Below the pieces are notes generated by a model. The model did not search any database and had not been told where the DNA came from. It was given only the letters and a program-made list of their open reading frames with translations. Below are positions 1-12,985 of a DNA stretch of 64,000 bases, piece after piece. The position numbers and the translations under genes are program-made. This DNA comes from Eledone cirrhosa (taxonomy: Eukaryota). The stretch spans positions 1,798,001 through 1,862,000 of the forward strand of contig OZ024751.1 in the NCBI GenBank assembly GCA_964016885.1, given 5' to 3'. Each line of letters begins with the position of its first letter. The first letter of the stretch is position 1.

Positions 1-480
1 GTTGTTGGTGTTGTTAGTGTTACTGTTGTTGGTGTTGCTGGTGTTACTGTTGTTGGTGTTGTTGGTGTTACTGTTGTTGGTGTTGTTGGTGTTACTGTTG
101 TTGGTGTTGTTGGTGTTACTGTTGTTGGTGTTGTTAGTGTTACTGTTGTTGGTGTTGTTGCTGTTACTGTTGTTGGTGTTGTTGGTGTTTCTGTTGTTGG
201 TGTTGTTAGTGTTACTGTTGTTGGTGTTGTTAGTGTTACTGTTGTCGGTGTTGTTGGTGTTACTGTTGTTGGTGTTGTTGGTGTTACTTTTGTTGGTGTT
301 GTTAGTGTTACTGTTGTTGGTGTTGTTAGTGTTACTGTTGTTGGTGTTGTTGGTGTTACTGTTGTTGGTGTTGTTGGTGTTACTGTTGTTGGTGTTATTA
401 GTGTTAATGTTGTTGGTGTTGTTTGTGTTACTGTTGTTGGTGTTGTTGGTGTTACTGTTGTTGGTGTTATTGGTGTTACT

Positions 481-2682
481 GTTGTTGGTGTTGTTTGTGT
501 TATTGTTGTTGGTGTTGTTGGTGTTACTGTTGTTGGTGTTATTGGTGTTACTGTTGTTGGTGTTGTTGGTGTTACTGTTGTTGGTGTTGTTAGTGTTACT
601 GTTGTTGGTGTTGTTAGTGTTACTGTTGTTGGTGTTGTTGGTGTTACTGTTGTTGGTGTTGTTGGTGTTACTGTTGTTGGTGTTGTTAGTGTTACTGTTA
701 TTGGTGTTGTTAGTGTTACTGTTGTTGTTGTTGTTGGTGTTACTGTTGTTGGTGTTGTTGGTGTTACTGTTGTTGGTGTTATTAGTGTTACTGTTGTTGG
801 TGTTGTTTGTGTTACTGTTGTTGGTGTTGTTGGTGTTACTGTTGTTGGTGTTATTGGTGTTACTGATGTTGGTGTTGTTGGTGTTACTGTTGTTGGTGTT
901 GTTGGTGTTACTGTTGTTGGTGTTGTTAGTATTAATGTTGTTGGTGTCGTTGGTGTTACTGTTGTTGGTGTTGGTGGTGTTACTGTTGTTGGTGTTGTTG
1001 GAGTTACTGTTGTTGTTGTTGTTGGTGTTACTGTTGTTGGTGTTATTGGTGTTACTGTTGTTGGTGTTGTTGGTGTTACTGTTGTTGGTGTTGTTAGTAT
1101 TAATGTTGTTGGTGTCGTTGGTGTTACTGTTGTTGGTGTTGGTGGTGTTACTGTTGTTGGTGTTGTTGGTGTTACTGTTGTTGGTGTTGTTCGTGTTACT
1201 GTTGTTGGTGTTGGTGTTGCTGTTGTTGGTGTTGTCAGTGTTACTGTTGTTGGTGTTGTTAGTGTTACTGTTGTTGGTGTTGTTATTGTTACTGTTGTTG
1301 GTGTTATTAGTGTTACTGTTGTTGGTGTTGTTAGTGTTACTGTTGTTGGTGTTGTTGGTGTTACTGTTGTTGGTGTTGTTGGTGTTACTGTTGTTGGTGT
1401 TGTTAGTGTTACTGTTGTTGGTGTTGTTAGTGTTACTGTTGTTGGTTTTGTTGGTGTTACTGTTGTTGGTGTTGTCAGTGTTACTGTTGTTGGTGTTGTT
1501 AGTGTTACTGTTGTTGGTGTTGTTATTGTTACTGTTGTTGGTGTTGCTGGTGTTACTGTTGTTGGTGTTGTTGGTGTTACTGTTGTTGGTGTTGTTTGTG
1601 TTATTGTTGTTGGTGTTGTTGGTGTTACTGTTGTTGGTGTTATTGGTGTTACTGTTGTTGGTGTTGTTGGTGTTACTGTTGTTGGTGTTGTTAGTGTTAC
1701 TGTTGTTGGTGTTGTTAGTGTTACTGTTGTTGGTGTTGTTGGTGTTACTGTTGTTGGTGTTGTTGGTGTTACTGTTGTTGGTGTTGTTAGTGTTACTGTT
1801 GTTGGTGTTGTTAGTGTTACTGTTGTTGTTGTTGTTGGTGTTACTGTTGTTGGTGTTGTTGGTGTTACTGTTGTTGGTGTTATTAGTGTTACTGTTGTTG
1901 GTGTTGTTTGTGTTACTGTTGTTGGTGTTGTTGGTGTTACTGTTGTTGGTGTTATTGGTGTTACTGATGTTGGTGTTGTTGGTGTTACTGTTGTTGGTGT
2001 TGTTGGTGTTACTGTTGTTGGTGTTGTTAGTATTAATGTTGTTGGTGTCGTTGGTGTTACTGTTGTTGGTGTTGGTGGTGTTACTGTTGTTGGTGTTGTT
2101 GGAGTTACTGTTGTTGTTGTTGTTGGTGTTACTGTTGTTGGTGTTATTGGTGTTACTGTTGTTGGTGTTGTTGGTGTTACTGTTGTTGGTGTTGTTAGTA
2201 TTAATGTTGTTGGTGTCGTTGGTGTTACTGTTGTTGGTGTTGGTGGTGTTACTGTTGTTGGTGTTGTTGGTGTTACTGTTGTTGGTGTTGTTCGTGTTAC
2301 TGTTGTTGGTGTTGGTGTTGCTGTTGTTGGTGTTGTCAGTGTTACTGTTGTTGGTGTTGTTAGTGTTACTGTTGTTGGTGTTGTTATTGTTACTGTTGTT
2401 GGTGTTATTAGTGTTACTGTTGTTGGTGTTGTTAGTGTTACTGTTGTTGGTGTTGTTGGTGTTACTGTTGTTGGTGTTGTTGGTGTTACTGTTGTTGGTG
2501 TTGTTAGTGTTACTGTTGTTGGTGTTGTTAGTGTTACTGTTGTTGGTTTTGTTGGTGTTACTGTTGTTGGTGTTGTCAGTGTTACTGTTGTTGGTGTTGT
2601 TAGTGTTACTGTTGTTGGTGTTGTTATTGTTACTGTTGTTGGTGTTGCTGGTGTTACTGTTGTTGGTGTTGTTGGTGTTACT
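481..2682. repeat. Tandem duplication, period 1101 bp (2 copies)
   Basis: Rare variants recur exactly 1101 bp apart: TATT at 501/1602, GGAGTTACT at 1000/2101, TCGTGTTACT at 1191/2292. Confidence 0.9.
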
Positions 2683-4110
2683 GTTGTTGGTGTTGTTGGT
2701 GTTACTGTTGTTGGTGTTGTTGGTGTTACTGTTGTTGGTGTTATTAGTGTTATTGTTGTTGGTGTTGTTAGTGTTACTGTTGATGGTGTTGTTGGTGTTA
2801 CTGTTGTTGGTGTTGTTGGTGTTACTGTTGTTGGTGTTGTTAGTGTTACTGTTGTTGGTGTTGTTAGTGTTACTGTTGTCGGTGTTGTTGGTGTTACTGT
2901 TGTTGGTGTTGTTGGTGTTACTTTTGTTGGTGTTGTTAGTGTTACTGTTGTTGGTGTTGTTAGTGTTACTGTTGTTGGTGTTGTTGGTGTTACTGTTGTT
3001 GGTGTTGTTGGTGTTACTGTTGTTGGTGTTATTAGTGTTAATGTTGTTGGTGTTGTTTGTGTTACTGTTGTTGGTGTTGTTGGTGTTACTGTTGTTGGTG
3101 TTATTGGTGTTACTGTTGTTGGTGTTGTTTGTGTTACTGTTGTTGGTGTCGTTGGTGTTACTGTTGTTGGTGTTATTGGTGTTACTGTTGTTGGTGTCGT
3201 TGGTGTTACTGTTGTTGGTGTTGTTGGTGTTACTGTTGTTGGTGTTGTTGGTGTTACTGTTGTTGGTGTTGTTAGTGTTACTGTTGTTGGTGTTGTTAGT
3301 GTTACTGTTGTTGGTGTTGTTGGTGTTACTGTTGTTGGTGTTGTTGGTGTTACTGTTGTTGGTGTTATTAGTGTTACTGTTGTTGGTGTTGTTTGTGTTA
3401 CTGTTGTTGGTGTTGTTGGTGTTAATGTTGTTGGTGTTATTGGTGTTACTGATGTTGGTGTTGTTGGTGTTACTGTTGCTGGTGTTGTTGGTGTTACTGT
3501 TGTTGGTGTTGTTAGTATTAATGTTGTTGGTGTCGTTGGTGTTACTGTTGTTGGTGTTGGTGGTGTTACTGTTGTTGGTGTTGTTGGAGTTACTGTTGTT
3601 GTTGTTGTTGGTGTTACTGTTGTTGGTGTTATTGGTGTTAGTGTTGTTGGTGTTGTTGGTGTTGTTTGTGTTACTGTTGTTGGTGTTGTTGGTCTTTACT
3701 GTTATTGGTGTTGTTGGTGTTACTGTTGTTGGTGTTGTTGGTGTTACTGTTGTGGTGTTGTTAGTGTTACTGTTGTTGGTGTTGTTATTGTTACTGTTGT
3801 TGGTTTTGTTGGTGTTACTGTTGTTGGTGTTATTGGTGTTACTGTTGTTGGTGTTGTTGGTGTTACTGCTGTTGGTGTTGTTGGTGTTACTGTTGTTGGT
3901 GTTGTTAGTATTAATGTTGTTGGTGTCGTTGGTGTTACTGTTGTTGGTGTTGGTGGTGTTACTGTTGTTGGTGTTGTTGGTGTTACTGTTGTTGGTGTTG
4001 TTCGTGTTACTGTTGTTGGTGTTGGTGTTACTGTTGTTGGTGTTGTTAGTGTTACTGTTGTTGGTGTTGGTGTTGGTGTTACTGTTGTTGGTGTTGTTGG
4101 TGTTACTGTT

Positions 4111-7100
4111 GTGGTGTTGTTAGTGTTACTGTTGTTGGTGTTGTTAGTGTTACTGTTGTTGGTTTTGTTGGTGTTACTGTTGTTGGTGTTGTCAGTGTTA
4201 CTGTTGTTGGTGTTGTTAGTGTTACTGTTGTTGGTGTTGTTGGTGTTACTGTTGTTGGTGTTGTTGATCTTACTGTTGTTGGTGATGTTGGTGTTACTGT
4301 TGTTGGTGTTGTTGGTTTTACTGTTGTTGGTGTTGTTGGTGTTACTGTTATTGGTGTTGTTGGTTTTGCTGTTGTTGGTGTTGTTGGTGTTACTGTTGTT
4401 GGTATTGTTGGTGTTACTGTTGTTGGTGTTGTTAGTATTACTGTTGTTGGTGTTGGTGGTGTTACTGCTGTTGGTGTTGTTGGTGTTACTGTTGTTGGTG
4501 TTGTTGGTGTTACTGTTGTTGGTATTGTTAGTGTTACTCTTCTTGGTGTTGTTGGTGTTACTGTTGTTGGTGTTGTTGGTGTTACTGTTGTTGGTGTTGG
4601 TGGTGTTACTGTTGTTGGTGTTGGTGGTGTTACTGTTGTTGGTGTTGTTGGTGTTACTGTTGTTGGTGTTGTTGGTGTTACTGTTGTTGGTGTTGTTGGT
4701 GTTACTCTTGTTGGTGTTGTTAGTATTACTGTTGTTGGTATGGTTGGTGTTACTGTTGTTGGTGTTGTTGGTGTTACTGTTGTTGGTGTTGTTGGTGTTA
4801 CTGTCGTTGGTGTTGTTAGTATTACTATTGTTGGTGTTGGTGGTGTTACTGTTGTTGGTGTTGTTGGTGTTACTGTTGTTGGTGTTGTTAGTATTACTGT
4901 TGTTGGTGTTGGTGCTGTTACTGTTGTTGGTGTTGTTGGTGTTACTGTTGTTGTTGTTGTTGGTGTTACTGTTGTTGGTGTTGTTAGTGTTACTGTTGTT
5001 GGTGTTGTTGGTGTTACTGTTGTTGTTGTTGGTGGTGTTACTGTTGTTGGTGTTGTTTGTGTTACTGTTGTTGGTGTTGTTTGTGTTACTGTTGTTGGTG
5101 TTGGTGGTGTTACTGTTGTTGGTGTTGTTGGTGTTACTGTTGTTGGTGTTGTTGGTGTTACTGTTCTTGGTGTTGTTGGTGTTACTGTTGTTGGTGGTGT
5201 TGGTGTTACTGTTGTTGGTGTTGTTAGTGTTTATGTTGTTGGTGTTGTTGGTGTTACTGTTGTTGGTGTTGTTGGTGTTACTGTTGTTGGTGTTGTTGGT
5301 GTTACTGTTGTTGGTGTTGTTGGTGTTACTGTTGTTGGTGTTATTGGTGTTACTGTTGTTGGTGTTGTTGGTGTTACTGTTGTTGGTGTTGTTAGTGTTA
5401 CTGTTGTTGGTGTTGTTAGTGTTACTGTTGTTGGTGTTGTTGGTGTTACTGTTGTTGGTGTTGTTGGTGTTACTGTTGTTGTTGTTGTTCGTGTTACTGT
5501 TGTTGGTGTTGGTGTTACTGTTGTTGGTGTTGTTAGTGTTACTGTTGTTGGTGTTGGTGTTGGTGTTACTGTTGTTGGTGTTGTTGGTGTTACTGTTGTT
5601 GGTGTTGTTGGTGTTACTGTTGTGGTGTTGTTAGTGTTACTGTTGTTGGTGTTGTTAGTGTTACTGTTGTTGGTTTTGTTGGTGTTACTGTTGTTGGTGT
5701 TGTCAGTGTTACTGTTGTTGGTGTTGTTAGTGTTACTGTTGTTGGTGTTGTTGGTGTTACTGTTGTTGGTGTTGTTGATCTTACTGTTGTTGGTGATGTT
5801 GGTGTTACTGTTGTTGGTGTTGTTGGTTTTACTGTTGTTGGTGTTGTTGGTGTTACTGTTGTTGGTGTTGTTGGTTTTGCTGTTGTTGGTGTTGTTGGTG
5901 TTACTGTTGTTGGTATTGTTGGTGTTACTGTTGTTGGTGTTGTTAGTATTACTGTTGTTGGTGTTGTTGGTGTTACTGTTGTTGGTGTTGTTGGTGTTAC
6001 TGGTGTTGGTGTTGTTGGTGTTACTGTTGTTGGTGTTGTTAGTGTTACTGTTCTTGGTGTTGTTGGTGTTACTGTTGTTGGTGTTGTTGGTGTTACTGTT
6101 GTTGGTGTTGTTGGTGTTACTGTTGTTGGTGTTGGTGGTGTTACTGTTGTTGGTGTTGGTGGTGTTACTGTTGTTGGTGTTGTTGGCGTTACTGTTGTTG
6201 GTGTTGTTGGTGTTACTGTTGTTGGTGTTGTTGGTGTTACTGTTGTTGGTGTTGTTAGTATTACTGTTGTTGGTATGGTTGGTGTTACTGTTGTTTGTGT
6301 TGTTGGTGTTACTGTTGTTGGTGTTGTTGGTGTTACTGTTGTTGGTGTTGTTAGTATTACTATTGTTGGTGTTGGTGGTGTTACTGTTGTTGGTGTTGTT
6401 GGTGTTACTGTTGTTGGTGTTGTTAGTATTACTGTTGTTGGTGTTGGTGTTGTTGGTGTTACTGTTGTTGGTGTTGGTGGTGTTACTGTTGTTGGTGTTG
6501 TTTGTGTTACTGTTGTTGGTGTTGTTTGTGTTACTGTTGTTGGTGTTGGTGGTGTTACTGTTGTTGGTGTTGTTGGTGTTACTGTTGTTGGTGTTGTTGG
6601 TGTTACTCTTCTTGGTGTTGTTGGTGTTACTGTTGTTGGTGGTGTTGGTGTTGTTAGTGTTAATGTTGTTGGTGTTGTTGGTGTTACTGTTGTTGGTGTT
6701 GTTGGTGTTACTGTTGTTGGTGTTGTTGGTGTTACTGTTGTTGGTGTTATTGGAGTTACTGTTGTTGGTGTTGTTGGTGTTAATGTTGTTGGTGTTGTTA
6801 GTGTTACTGTTGTTGGTGTTGTTAGTGTTACTGTTGTTGGTTTTGTTGGTGTTACTGTTGTTGGTGTTGTTGGTGTTACTGTTGTTGGTGTTGTTAGTGT
6901 TACTGTTGTTGGTGTTGTTAGTGTTACTGTTGTTGGTGTTGTTGGTGTTACTGTTGTTGGTGTTGTTGGTGTTACTGTTGTTGGTGTTATTAGTGTTACT
7001 GTTGTTGGTGTTGTTTGTGTTACTGTTGTTGGTGTTATTGGTGTTACTGATGTTGGTGTTGTTGGTGTTACTGTTGGTGGTGTTGTTGGTGTTACTGTTG

Positions 7101-7315
7101 TTGGTGTCGTTGGTGTTACTGTTGTTGGTGTTGGTGGTGTTACTGTTGTTGGTGTTGTTGGTGTTACTGTTGTTGGTGTTGTTCGTGTTACTGTTGTTGG
7201 TGTTGGTGTTACTGTTGTTGGTGTTGTTAGTGTTACTGTTGTTGGTGTTGGTGTTGGTGTTACTGTTGTTGGTGTTGTTCATGTTACTGTTGTTGGTGTT
7301 GTTGGTGTTAATGTT
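4111..7315. repeat. Diverged HOR units of about 1.5-1.7 kb, each starting at a GTTGT^GGT one-base deletion
   Basis: The deletion marker is at 4111, 5622 and 7316. Each is followed by the same variant order (GGTTTT, GTCAGT, CTTACT, GGTGAT, TTTACT). GATC at 4266 and 5777 gives a period of 1511. Confidence 0.85.
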
Positions 7316-10300
7316 GTGGTGTTGTTAGTGTTACTGTTGTTGGTGTTGTTAGTGTTACTGTTGTTGGTTTTGTTGGTGTTACTGTTGTTGGTGTTGTCAG
7401 TGTTACTGTTGTTGGTGTTGTCAGTGTTACTGTTGTTGGTGTTGTTGGTGTTACTGTTGTTGGTGTTGTTGGTCTTACTGTTGTTGGTGATGTTGGTGTT
7501 ACTGTTGTTGGTGTTGTTGGTTTTACTGTTGTTGGTGTTGTTGGTGTTACTGTTGTTGGTGTTGGTGGTGTTACTGTTGTTGGTGTTGTTGGTGTTACTG
7601 TTGTTGGTGTTGTTGGTGTTACTGTTGTTGGTGTTGTTAGTGTTACTGTTGTTGGTGTTGTTGGTGTTACTGTTGTTGGTGTTGTTGGTGTTAATGTTGT
7701 TGGTGTTGTTGGTGTTACTGTTGTTGGTGTTGGTGGTGTTACTGTTGTTGGTGTTGGTGGTGTTACTGTTGTTGGTGTTGTTGGTGTTACTGTTGTTGGT
7801 GTTGTTGGTGTTACTGTTGTTGGTGTTGTTGGTGTTACTGTTGTTGGTGTTGTTAGTATTACTGTTGTTGGTATGGTTGGTGTTACTGTTGTTGGTGTTG
7901 TTGGTGTTACTGTTGTTGGTGTTGTTGGTGTTACTGTTGTTGGTGTTGTTGTTGTTACTGTTGTTGGTGTTGTTGGTGTTACTGTTGTTGGTATGGTTGG
8001 TGTTACTGTTGTTGGTGTTGTTGCTGTTACTGTTGTTGGTGTTGTTGGTGTTACTGTTGTTGGTGTTGTAAGTATTACTATTGTTGGTGTTGGTGGTGTT
8101 ACTGTTGTTGGTGTTGTTGGTGTTACTGTTGTTGGTGTTGTTAGTATTACTGTTGTTGGTGTTGGTGGTGTTACTGTTGTTGGTGTTGTTAGTGTTACTG
8201 TTGTTGGTGTTGTTGGTGTTACTGTTGTTGGTGTTGGTGGTGTTACTGTTGTTGGTGTTGTTTGTGTTACTGTTGTTGGTGTTGTTTGTGTTACTGTTGT
8301 TGGTGTTGGTGGTGTTGCTGTTGTTGGTGTTGTTGGTGTTACTGTTGTTGGTGTTGGTGGTGTTACTGTTGTTGGTGTTGTTGGTGTTACTGTTGTTGGT
8401 GTTGTTGGTGTTACTGTTCTTGGTGTTGTTGGTGTTACTGTTGTTGGTGGTGTTGGTGTTACTGTTGTTGGTGTTGTTAGTGTTAATGTTGTTGGTGTTG
8501 TTGGTGTTACTGTTGTTGGTGTTGTTAGTGTTACTGTTGTTGGTGTTGTTTGTGTTACTGCTTTGGTGTTGTTGGTGTTACTGTTGTTGGTGTTGTTGGT
8601 GTTACTGTTGTTGGTGTTGTTGGTGTTAGTGTTGTTGGTGTTACTGTTGTTGATGTTATTAGTGTTACTGTTGTTGGTGTTGGTGGTGTTACTGTTGTTG
8701 GTGTTGTTAGTGTTACTGTTGTTGGTGTTGTTGGTGTTACTGTTGTTGGTGTTGTTAGTGTTACTGTTGTTGGTGTTGTTGGTGTTACTGTTGTTGGTGT
8801 TGTTTGTGTTAATGTTGTTGGTGTTGTTGGTGTTACTGTTCTGGTGTTGTTGGTGTTACTGTTGTTGGTGTTGTTCTGTTACTGCTTTGGTGTTGTTGGT
8901 GTTACTGTTGTTGGTGTAGTTGGTGTTACTGTTGTTGGTGTTGTTGGTGTTAGTGTTGTTGGTGTTACTGTTGTTGATGTTATTAGTGTTACTGTTGTTG
9001 GTGTTGGTGGTGTTACTGTTGTTGGTGTTGTTGGTGTTACTGTTATTGGTGTTACTATTGTTGGTGTTGGTGGTGTGACTGTTGTTGGTGTTGTTGGTGT
9101 TACTATTGTTGGTGTTGTTAGTGTTACTGTTGTTGGTGTTGTTAGTGTTACTGTTGTTGGTGTTGTTGGTGTTACTGTTGTTGGTGTTGTTAGTGTTACT
9201 GTTGTTGGTGTTGGTGTTGGTGTTACTGTTGTTGGTGTTGTTGGTGTTACTGTTGTTGGTGTTGTTGGTGTTACTGTTGTGGTGTTGTTAGTGTTACTGT
9301 TGTTGGTGTTGTTAGTGTTACTGTTGTTGGTTTTGTTGGTGTTACTGTTGTTGGTGTTGTCAGTGTTACTGTTGTTGGTGTTGTTAGTGTTACTGTTGTT
9401 GGTGTTGTTGGTGTTACTGTTGTTGGTGTTGTTGATCTTACTGTTGTTGGTGATGTTGGTGTTACTGTTGTTGGTGTTGTTGGTTTTACTGTTGTTGGTG
9501 TTGTTGGTGTTACTGTTGTTGGTGTTGTTGGTTTTGCTGTTGTTGGTGTTGTTGGTGTTACTGTTGTTGGTATTGTTGGTGTTACTGTTGTTGGTGTTGT
9601 TAGTATTACTGTTGTTGGTGTTGTTGGTGTTACTGTTGTTGGTGTTGTTGGTGTTACTGGTGTTGGTGTTGTTGGTGTTACTGTTGTTGGTGTTGTTAGT
9701 GTTACTGTTCTTGGTGTTGTTGGTGTTACTGTTGTTGGTGTTGTTGGTGTTACTGTTGTTGGTGTTGTTGGTGTTACTGTTGTTGGTGTTGGTGGTGTTA
9801 CTGTTGTTGGTGTTGGTGGTGTTACTGTTGTTGGTGTTGTTGGCGTTACTGTTGTTGGTGTTGTTGGTGTTACTGTTGTTGGTGTTGTTGGTGTTACTGT
9901 TGTTGGTGTTGTTAGTATTACTGTTGTTGGTATGGTTGGTGTTACTGTTGTTTGTGTTGTTGGTGTTACTGTTGTTGGTGTTGTTGGTGTTACTGTTGTT
10001 GGTGTTGTTAGTATTACTATTGTTGGTGTTGGTGGTGTTACTGTTGTTGGTGTTGTTGGTGTTACTGTTGTTGGTGTTGTTAGTATTACTGTTGTTGGTG
10101 TTGGTGTTGTTGGTGTTACTGTTGTTGGTGTTGGTGGTGTTACTGTTGTTGGTGTTGTTTGTGTTACTGTTGTTGGTGTTGTTTGTGTTACTGTTGTTGG
10201 TGTTGGTGGTGTTACTGTTGTTGGTGTTGTTGGTGTTACTGTTGTTGGTGTTGTTGGTGTTACTCTTCTTGGTGTTGTTGGTGTTACTGTTGTTGGTGGT

Positions 10301-12985
10301 GTTGGTGTTGTTAGTGTTAATGTTGTTGGTGTTGTTGGTGTTACTGTTGTTGGTGTTGTTGGTGTTACTGTTGTTGGTGTTGTTGGTGTTACTGTTGTTG
10401 GTGTTATTGGAGTTACTGTTGTTGGTGTTGTTGGTGTTAATGTTGTTGGTGTTGTTAGTGTTACTGTTGTTGGTGTTGTTAGTGTTACTGTTGTTGGTTT
10501 TGTTGGTGTTACTGTTGTTGGTGTTGTTGGTGTTACTGTTGTTGGTGTTGTTAGTGTTACTGTTGTTGGTGTTGTTAGTGTTACTGTTGTTGGTGTTGTT
10601 GGTGTTACTGTTGTTGGTGTTGTTGGTGTTACTGTTGTTGGTGTTATTAGTGTTACTGTTGTTGGTGTTGTTTGTGTTACTGTTGTTGGTGTTATTGGTG
10701 TTACTGATGTTGGTGTTGTTGGTGTTACTGTTGGTGGTGTTGTTGGTGTTACTGTTGTTGGTGTCGTTGGTGTTACTGTTGTTGGTGTTGGTGGTGTTAC
10801 TGTTGTTGGTGTTGTTGGTGTTACTGTTGTTGGTGTTGTTCGTGTTACTGTTGTTGGTGTTGGTGTTACTGTTGTTGGTGTTGTTAGTGTTACTGTTGTT
10901 GGTGTTGGTGTTGGTGTTACTGTTGTTGGTGTTGTTCATGTTACTGTTGTTGGTGTTGTTGGTGTTAATGTTGTGGTGTTGTTAGTGTTACTGTTGTTGG
11001 TGTTGTTAGTGTTACTGTTGTTGGTTTTGTTGGTGTTACTGTTGTTGGTGTTGTCAGTGTTACTGTTGTTGGTGTTGTCAGAGTTACTGTTGTTGGTGTT
11101 GTTGGTGTTACTGTTGTTGGTGTTGTTGGTCTTACTGTTGTTGGTGATGTTGGTGTTACTGTTGTTGGTGTTGTTGGTTTTACTGTTGTTGGTGTTGTTG
11201 GTGTTACTGTTGTTGGTGTTGGTGGTGTTACTGTTGTTGGTGTTGTTGGTGTTACTGTTGTTGGTGTTGTTGGTGTTACTGTTGTTGGTGTTGTTAGTGT
11301 TACTGTTGTTGGTGTTGTTGGTGTTACTGTTGTTGGTGTTGTTGGTGTTAATGTTGTTGGTGTTGTTGGTGTTACTGTTGTTGGTGTTGGTGGTGTTACT
11401 GTTGTTGGTGTTGGTGGTGTTACTGTTGTTGGTGTTGTTGGTGTTACTGTTGTTGGTGTTGTTGGTGTTACTGTTGTTGGTGTTGTTGGTGTTACTGTTG
11501 TTGGTGTTGTTAGTATTACTGTTGTTGGTATGGTTGGTGTTACTGTTGTTGGTGTTGTTGGTGTTACTGTTGTTGGTGTTGTTGGTGTTACTGTTGTTGG
11601 TGTTGTTGTTGTTACTGTTGTTGGTGTTGTTGGTGTTACTGTTGTTGGTATGGTTGGTGTTACTGTTGTTGGTGTTGTTGCTGTTACTGTTGTTGGTGTT
11701 GTTGGTGTTACTGTTGTTGGTGTTGTTGGTGTTACTGTTGTTGGTGTTGTTGGTGTTACTGTTGTTGGTGTTGTTAGTATTACTGTTGTTGGTATGGTTG
11801 GTGTTACTGTTGTTGGTGTTGTTGGTGTTACTGTTGTTGGTGTTGTTGGTGTTACTGTTGTTGGTGTTGGTGGTGTTACTGTTGTTGGTGTTGTTGGTGT
11901 TACTGTTGTTGGTGTTGTTAGTATTACTGTTGTTGGTGTTGGTGGTGTTACTGTTGTTGGTGTTGTTAGTGTTACTGTTGTTGGTGTTGTTGGTGTTACT
12001 GTTGTTGGTGTTGGTGGTGTTACTGTTGTTGGTGTTGTTTGTGTTACTGTTGTTGGTGTTGTTTGTGTTACTGTTGTTGGTGTTGGTGGTGTTGCTGTTG
12101 TTGGTGTTGTTGGTGTTACTGTTGTTGGTGTTGGTGGTGTTACTGTTGTTGGTGTTGTTGGTGTTACTGTTGTTGGTGTTGTTGGTGTTACTGTTCTTGG
12201 TGTTGTTGGTGTTACTGTTGTTGGTGGTGTTGGTGTTACTGTTGTTGGTGTTGTTAGTGTTAATGTTGTTGGTGTTGTTGGTGTTACTGTTGTTGGTGTT
12301 GTTAGTGTTACTGTTGTTGGTGTTGTTTGTGTTACTGCTTTGGTGTTGTTGGTGTTACTGTTGTTGGTGTTGTTGGTGTTACTGTTGTTGGTGTTGTTGG
12401 TGTTAGTGTTGTTGGTGTTACTGTTGTTGATGTTATTAGTGTTACTGTTGTTGGTGTTGGTGGTGTTACTGTTGTTGGTGTTGTTAGTGTTACTGTTGTT
12501 GGTGTTGTTGGTGTTACTGTTGTTGGTGTTGTTAGTGTTACTGTTGTTGGTGTTGTTGGTGTTACTGTTGTTGGTGTTGTTTGTGTTAATGTTGTTGGTG
12601 TTGTTGGTGTTACTGTTCTGGTGTTGTTGGTGTTACTGTTGTTGGTGTTGTTCTGTTACTGCTTTGGTGTTGTTGGTGTTACTCTTGTTGGTGTAGTTGG
12701 TGTTACTGTTGTTGGTGTTGTTGGTGTTAGTGTTGTTGGTGTTACTGTTGTTGATGTTATTAGTGTTACTGTTGTTGGTGTTGGTGGTGTTACTGTTGTT
12801 GGTGTTGTTGGTGTTACTGTTATTGGTGTTACTATTGTTGGTGTTGGTGGTGTGACTGTTGTTGGTGTTGTTGGTGTTACTATTGTTGGTGTTGTTAGTG
12901 TTACTGTTGTTGGTGTTGTTAGTGTTACTGTTGTTGGTGTTGTTGGTGTTACTGTTGTTGGTGTTGTTAGTGTTACTGTTGTTGG
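5515..12985. repeat. Near-perfect tandem duplication, period 3657 bp (3777 bp after a 120-bp, 5-monomer gain)
   Basis: GATC 5777/9434, deletions 5622/9279 and 7316/10973, and CAT 7280/10937 are all 3657 apart. The later marker pair 8560/12337 is 3777 apart. Confidence 0.9.
8841..8890. other. Triple one-base-deletion cassette CTGGTGTTGTTGGTGTTACTGTTGTTGGTGTTGTTCTGTTACTGCTTTGG (7 copies: 8841, 12618, 17335, 20987, 25542, 31125, 52882)
   Basis: Three separate 1-bp losses relative to the triplet register (GTT-CT-GGT, GTT-CT-GTT, GCT-TT-GGT) within 50 bp, the same in all copies. It appears in the ORF track as VTVLVLLVLLLLVLFCYCFGVV. Confidence 0.9.
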
